Part shown: piece by piece, positions 59,613-64,000 of the stretch | How the letters are laid out: each line of letters opens with the position of its first letter | Position numbering within the stretch: the stretch's first letter is position 1 | Origin: Verrucomicrobiota bacterium | Lineage (GTDB): Bacteria > Verrucomicrobiota > Verrucomicrobiia > Opitutales > Cerasicoccaceae | Assembly (NCBI GenBank): GCA_039818205.1 | Contig: JBCBUK010000006.1 | Span: forward strand, 208,215 to 272,214 | Direction: 5' to 3' | Length of the DNA: 64,000 nucleotides | Position numbers and translations under genes: made by a program | Notes under the pieces: model-generated | Databases searched by the model: none | Seen by the model: only the letters and a program-made list of their open reading frames with translations | Told to the model about the DNA's origin: nothing

Positions 59613-60538
59613 ACCCAGTCCAGTCCAATATCAGCCCATTTTGCCTGGTGCACGGTCGCGCCCGTTGAAATAAAGTCTAATCCGATTTGGCCGAGTGCTG
59701 GCAGGGTCTCCAGCGTGATGCCACCACTGGCCTCGGTCAATGATTTGTCTCCGATTAGTGATATCGCCTGTTTGAGTTCGTCGATGGAGAAATTGTCGAG
59801 TAGGATGACGTCCGCACCAGCGTCGAGAACGGGCCCGATTTGGGCGATTTCGTCGACCTCGACCTCGACGCCGAGATCAGGGCGTTTTTCTCGGGCGAGG
59901 CGAACGGCATCGGCCAATCGTTCTCCAGTCGATGCGCCGGCTGCTGCTAAATGGTTGTCTTTGAGCATGATACGGTCGTAGAGACCGAGTCGGTGGTTCC
60001 AGCCGCCACCACAGACGACGGCATATTTTTCCAGGGCACGGTAGCCGGGAGTCGTTTTACGAGTGTCCAGGAGGCGGGTGCTTGTTGAGCCCAGTGCGGC
60101 AACGTATCGAGCGGTTTCGGTCGCAATGCCGGTTAGGTGCTGAAGAAAATTCAGAAGGACGCGTTCGGCGGTTATAATGGTCTGGGTCGAGCCATGGAGC
60201 TCGGCGAGCACCGTGCCCCCGCCAACTTGGCCCCCGTCGTCGGTTCGCGGCACCAGGGATACTGATCCCAACTTATCGCCGTAGAAGCGCAGCACATATT
60301 TGGCTAGGCGCAGGCCACAAACGCTCATCGGGTGGCGGGCAACTAGGCGCGCGCGGCCTTCGCGCGGGGAAATGACCGTTTGGGTGGTGGCATCAACGCT
60401 TCGGGCTGGTTTAACTGCGAAACCACCGCCTTGAATATCTTCTTCGTAGGCGAGTTCAATCAGTTTCTCAACCCATTCTAGATCAATGGATTCCCAGCCG
60501 AGGTGGCCAGAGAAGTCATCTTGAGAACGTTTGATCAT
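59609..60538 (-). CDS. nadC: Quinolinate phosphoribosyltransferase
   Basis: ERVLLNFLQ, DTRKTTPG, HRLGLYD, KDNH, EASGGI. Confidence 0.96.
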   Translation of the reverse strand: MIKRSQDDFSGHLGWESIDLEWVEKLIELAYEEDIQGGGFAVKPARSVDATTQTVISPREGRARLVARHPMSVCGLRLAKYVLRFYGDKLGSVSLVPRTDDGGQVGGGTVLAELHGSTQTIITAERVLLNFLQHLTGIATETARYVAALGSTSTRLLDTRKTTPGYRALEKYAVVCGGGWNHRLGLYDRIMLKDNHLAAAGASTGERLADAVRLAREKRPDLGVEVEVDEIAQIGPVLDAGADVILLDNFSIDELKQAISLIGDKSLTEASGGITLETLPALGQIGLDFISTGATVHQAKWADIGLDWV

Positions 60539-60582
60539 TACGGATTAGAGTAAATCCGCTCTACCTTTCCAAGGAAAATGGA

Positions 60583-61125
60583 TTATTCCGCCACGGGAAT
60601 TGGCACTGGAGCGGTGTTGCCGGCGAATAATTGCTGGTAGATCTTGTTGGCTGGTTTCTGGAGATTCTTGAGATCGTAGCCAGCGTCTTTGAGGGCGTAG
60701 GGTCCAAAGCGGTAACTGGCTGCGAGGTTTGCATATGAAAAATTATCGTTCGCTTTTAGGAAATCCTTAAGGTGATTCAAGTAGGCAGTCCCGACTTCGA
60801 GGTTTGTTTTTGGCTCATAGGCCTCATGGTAGGGGAGCTCACTGACCTCGTCCCAGGCGATTCGGCTCACCTGCATGAGCCCACGCGCGTAGCCGCTATC
60901 GGCATTCGGGTTTAAGGAGCTTTCGGCCATACAGATCGCGAGGACGAACTCGGCTTTAAGGTCAGCTTTTTCGGCGGCCTGGCGGATATCGAGCCACAGG
61001 GCGGCTTTGTCCTCGGGCGCCGAATAGGTTGCGGGCTGGGCGATCCAAAAGAAGAGCGCAAAGGCAACCACTGCGACAATGGACAGAATCAGCTCCGCCT
61101 TCTTTTCTTTGCGTAGATCAGTCAT
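60583..61125 (-). CDS. Membrane-anchored lytic transglycosylase (SLT domain)
   Basis: TM anchor, AESSLNPNA, ARGLMQV, NLEVGTAYL; ATG at 61125. Confidence 0.85.
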   Translation of the reverse strand: MTDLRKEKKAELILSIVAVVAFALFFWIAQPATYSAPEDKAALWLDIRQAAEKADLKAEFVLAICMAESSLNPNADSGYARGLMQVSRIAWDEVSELPYHEAYEPKTNLEVGTAYLNHLKDFLKANDNFSYANLAASYRFGPYALKDAGYDLKNLQKPANKIYQQLFAGNTAPVPIPVAE

Positions 61126-61135
61126 CCCGGGCCGG

Positions 61136-62194
61136 CTAGGCGGTCTCGAATGGTCGAGCGTGGTACTTCTGGCGCAACGACCAAACCTGACGTGCATCCA
61201 CAAACAGCTTTCGGCAATCATCGGGCGTGATCGACTGCTTCGGGTCGTCACCGATACCATGAACCGGGTCGATGTGGGCTTCGACGACAACGCCGTCGGC
61301 ACCGTAGGCCATCGCAGCCAGGACGGCTCCAGGCACATAGTGGGCTCGGCCAACGGAGTGAGATGGGTCAACGACTACAGCGGCCCACGTTTTTTCCTTC
61401 AGCAATTGCGTGATGCTCTCGTCCGGGTGGTTGCGGTAGCCATTCATCGAGGGAAGGGTGCCGCGTGGGCAAAGCAGGATATTTGGATTACCGGCGGCTG
61501 CAATGTATTCGGCGGCTGCAAGAAACTCGTCGACGGGGGCCATCGGGCGACCTCGCTTGAGGAGCACAGCGGTTTTTTCACCAGCGGTCGCGTTTCCGAT
61601 CTTTCGCAGGAGAGGATAATTCAACGCGTTGCGAGCACCGACCTGGATCATGTCGATTTTTACCTCCATGACGATTTCCAACTGCTCGTGATCCATGACC
61701 TCGGTGTTCACGGGCAGGCCGGTTCGTTCGCGGGCCTCGAGCAGGATATCGAGTGCCTTGCGGTCGCCCTGGTAGGAGTACGGCATGGTCCGCGGTTTCC
61801 AGACACCGCCGCGCAGCATGTGGGCACCGGCTTCCTTAAGGGCAGCGGCGCTCTCGTAGAACAGATTTGGATTCTTGGGATCGATGGTGCAATGCCCGGC
61901 GATAAACAATGGCTCTTTTCGGAGGGTTACGCCGCCGATGTTGAGCGTTCCGCTAGCGAGCTCGGAATTGATGTCCATCAATCGATAGGGCGAGTCGATC
62001 AGATCGATGCGGTCGACGTATTCCAACCCCATCAAGCGGTTGATCATTGTTTCATGACGCTCGTCTCCGAGGATGGCGTAAATACTGCGCTCGGCACCAA
62101 CGATTGGTTGGATGGTGCAATCGAACTCGCCGACAATCGATTCGACCTCTGCTAGTTGCGCAGAGGTCAGTTTGGCTGACTTCGGGATAATCAT
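61136..62194 (-). CDS. aroF: DAHP synthase type I-beta with N-terminal regulatory domain
   Basis: LRGGVWKPRTMPYSYQG, QVGARN, LLKRG, VDPSH. Confidence 0.92.
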   Translation of the reverse strand: MIIPKSAKLTSAQLAEVESIVGEFDCTIQPIVGAERSIYAILGDERHETMINRLMGLEYVDRIDLIDSPYRLMDINSELASGTLNIGGVTLRKEPLFIAGHCTIDPKNPNLFYESAAALKEAGAHMLRGGVWKPRTMPYSYQGDRKALDILLEARERTGLPVNTEVMDHEQLEIVMEVKIDMIQVGARNALNYPLLRKIGNATAGEKTAVLLKRGRPMAPVDEFLAAAEYIAAAGNPNILLCPRGTLPSMNGYRNHPDESITQLLKEKTWAAVVVDPSHSVGRAHYVPGAVLAAMAYGADGVVVEAHIDPVHGIGDDPKQSITPDDCRKLFVDARQVWSLRQKYHARPFETA

Positions 62195-62203
62195 TTTCGG
62201 TCC

Positions 62204-63592
62204 TTAGTTCAACTTGGCGCGGAGCACCTTGGTCTCGTTGTTGCGTTCGACTAGAATGACAAACTCGTCTCGCGCGCTGTCTTGATCGACGGAGTTAAGC
62301 GCGGCAATGGCCGAGGCGTAGTCGCCGATTTCTTGGCCGTCGACCTCGACGATCCAATCGCCAATTTGCATCTCTGCAGATTGGACTGGGCTGTTCGGCT
62401 TGATGAATTCGACCACGGCACCTTGGACGTCAGAGTTCATTTCGCGACGGGCGAGAGCGTCCACCATCGTAAGTTCGCGGGCGGTGAATCCGAGGCGGTC
62501 AAAGTATTGGCGCTCGGCTTCCTTAAGGGGCTTTGGCTGCTGGCCGAGCACGAGCTCGATCTGCTTGCCCTCGTTGCCGCTGACGATGTCTAACGTGAGC
62601 TTGTCGCCCGGTTGGCGCTTTGCGATTTCCTTCTCGAACCAGCGACCCGTGATGACTCCAGGAACGAGCTTCGGCAGGGGTTCTCCCTCGATGCCAACAA
62701 CGATATCACGCGACTGGAGTCCGGCGGTTGCTGCCGGACCATCTTCGATCACGTCGCTGATAACCAGGGCTCCTTGGTTGTTCAAATTCATGATCTCGGC
62801 GACGTCTCGATCGAGCGATTGCATGCCCGCAATGCCAGCCCAGGGGATCGCCTGGCCGGTCGCCGAGGAGGGGATTTCTTTGGAGTAGCGATAAAATTCG
62901 TCGGCACGCAAAAACGCGTTCGATTCACGCACCATTTGGACGGCGGCTTGATATTTGCGACCCTGGAGGATGATGACTTTCTCGTCGGTGGTGGGAGTTC
63001 CGATCCAGCCGATGAACTCACCTTGGGCGTTGAAAGCAACGGAGCCAGGCGTCCCGACGGAATTGTCACTGAAAGTGATGTACCAAGGCAGTGGCTTCGA
63101 TGCGCTAACGCGCCCACTTAGAAAATACGGGGTGTAGTTCCAGTCTTCGCCCATCGTTGCGATTCCCCAGGAAAAGGAACCAATTTTCGAGCTGCCTTCG
63201 CCGAACTGGGTGATCGGCGTGAAGGCGTCCCGACCGGACTCTTCGATCTGAATATAGTGCCAATTGGAGACCGAATTTTGCCCGAGGTAGGTAGCGTCCC
63301 AGCCTTCATGGTCTTTACCCAGGACGCGCACCTTAAAGTTCTTGAAGCGCTCAGGTGGAATCCAATGCGGAACCGATCCTTCCATGAGAACCACGTGTCC
63401 TTGGTCATCGAGAACGACTCCAATGGCTTTCAATGGGCTGCGGTCGATCTCGTTCTGGATGAAGAACTCGACAGCGGCAACTGACTTGCAACGCTCCTCG
63501 AAAGCTTGCTCAAAATCGTTCGGGATTTCGGCGACCAACGCCGATGCAAACAACGCGCTTAAAAGGGAAACTAGGTGGCGAGGCTGATACAT
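62204..63592 (-). CDS. Secreted HtrA-like protein (trypsin-like fold plus two PDZ domains), catalytic triad apparently absent
   Basis: Signal peptide; two PDZ domains (GPAATAGLQSRD, SPVQSAEMQIGD); degenerate protease motifs. Confidence 0.8.
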   Translation of the reverse strand: MYQPRHLVSLLSALFASALVAEIPNDFEQAFEERCKSVAAVEFFIQNEIDRSPLKAIGVVLDDQGHVVLMEGSVPHWIPPERFKNFKVRVLGKDHEGWDATYLGQNSVSNWHYIQIEESGRDAFTPITQFGEGSSKIGSFSWGIATMGEDWNYTPYFLSGRVSASKPLPWYITFSDNSVGTPGSVAFNAQGEFIGWIGTPTTDEKVIILQGRKYQAAVQMVRESNAFLRADEFYRYSKEIPSSATGQAIPWAGIAGMQSLDRDVAEIMNLNNQGALVISDVIEDGPAATAGLQSRDIVVGIEGEPLPKLVPGVITGRWFEKEIAKRQPGDKLTLDIVSGNEGKQIELVLGQQPKPLKEAERQYFDRLGFTARELTMVDALARREMNSDVQGAVVEFIKPNSPVQSAEMQIGDWIVEVDGQEIGDYASAIAALNSVDQDSARDEFVILVERNNETKVLRAKLN

Positions 63593-63634
63593 AGGCGCGG
63601 AGTCAAGCGCCTCGCGGGACCTAGCGCAACCCGT

Positions 63635-63674
63635 AAAAACTTACCGGCCGGCCCAACGAATTGAGCCGACCGGT
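63635..63674 (-). terminator. Intrinsic terminator with UUCG loop
   Basis: On the - strand: 14-bp stem (two G-U pairs) ACCGGUCGGCUCAA-UUCG-UUGGGCCGGCCGGU followed by AAGUUUUU. Confidence 0.65.
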
Positions 63675-63934
63675 TATTAGGGGTGATGAGGAGAACAAGC
63701 TATCGAAATTGAGTGAATCGCCGAAATTCAAGCTTGGCAAGAAAAAGTTGGGCTAATTATGAAAATAATTCACGCTAATTCTCAAGGGCGTCGTTGGATG
63801 GCTCATCCCAAAGTAAAATTCACGATTCCATCGGCGTGATTCCACGGAATCGGGGACTGAGTATTGGTCCTGGTCTACGTCGGATGCGACTCTAGGCTGC
63901 CAGCGGTGTCAGGCGAGGTGCGATGGTTCGCTTT

Positions 63935-64000
63935 CTAGCCGAGCTCAAAGGTGGTGATTCCGAAGATTTGGCTCCAGGGAAGGTCGGGCGTGGAGCCATA
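63935..64000 (-). CDS. Possible 3' end of a gene entering from beyond the window
   Basis: Open frame ...YGSTPDLPWSQIFGITTFELG* ending at TAG 63935; too short to identify. Confidence 0.35.
   Translation of the reverse strand, partial: YGSTPDLPWSQIFGITTFELG

Noticed and set aside
61126..61371. Extended N-terminus of the SLT ORF
   Set aside because: It overlaps the DAHP synthase gene; ATG 61125 directly precedes the TM anchor.
61079..62155. 358-aa antisense ORF (likewise 57851..58627, 27849..28643, 45834..46544)
   Set aside because: Each lies opposite a well-supported gene and has no motifs; typical shadow ORFs.
1..64000. CRISPR array, prophage, IS element, rRNA or tRNA genes, known anti-phage systems
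   Set aside because: No repeat-spacer periodicity, phage or transposase motifs, or RNA gene signatures were seen. The Sir2 is a CobB-type deacylase and the helicase is AddA-like, both housekeeping types.

Overview
Gene-dense bacterial chromosomal window with about 54 protein-coding genes. No rRNA, tRNA, CRISPR array, integrase or transposase was seen. The gene content (exosortase plus a PEP-CTERM-type protein, sulfatase/GH86 genes, Asp23 beside accBC) suggests a marine Verrucomicrobiota, probably Opitutales/Puniceicoccales; this is inference. 1-5.1 kb: end of a red-algal galactan (agar/porphyran) utilisation cluster (GH86, sulfatase, GH86). 5.2-14 kb: a GT2 gene and a MoxR-DUF58-VWA (Bat-type) operon. 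14-30 kb: tamB-tamA-cobB, mscS, an EF-hand protein, a solo RelE-like gene coupled to pssA and an AddA-like helicase-nuclease, a DppA-like gene and fumC. 30.9-31.4 kb: a small S24/S26-like gene bracketed by 37-bp inverted double-hairpin repeats. 31.5-47 kb: mostly housekeeping genes (HIT, nrdR, trpG/pabA, tgt, glgA, exosortase, ACP-FabZ fusion plus FabB/F, thiE, AmaP-like, Asp23, accC, accB). 47-64 kb: GYF_2 and PEP-CTERM-type genes, an AsmA-DUF4340-GldG/F/A-like operon, coaX-birA-nadC, an SLT, a DAHP synthase and an apparently inactive HtrA-like PDZ protein with a candidate sRNA upstream. Best leads: the repeat-bracketed cassette, the ACP-dehydratase fusion, the accBC-Asp23-AmaP unit with a disordered tail, the solo RelE, and the Gld-like ABC plus AsmA operon. 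All family calls come from reading motifs by eye; no database search was run.
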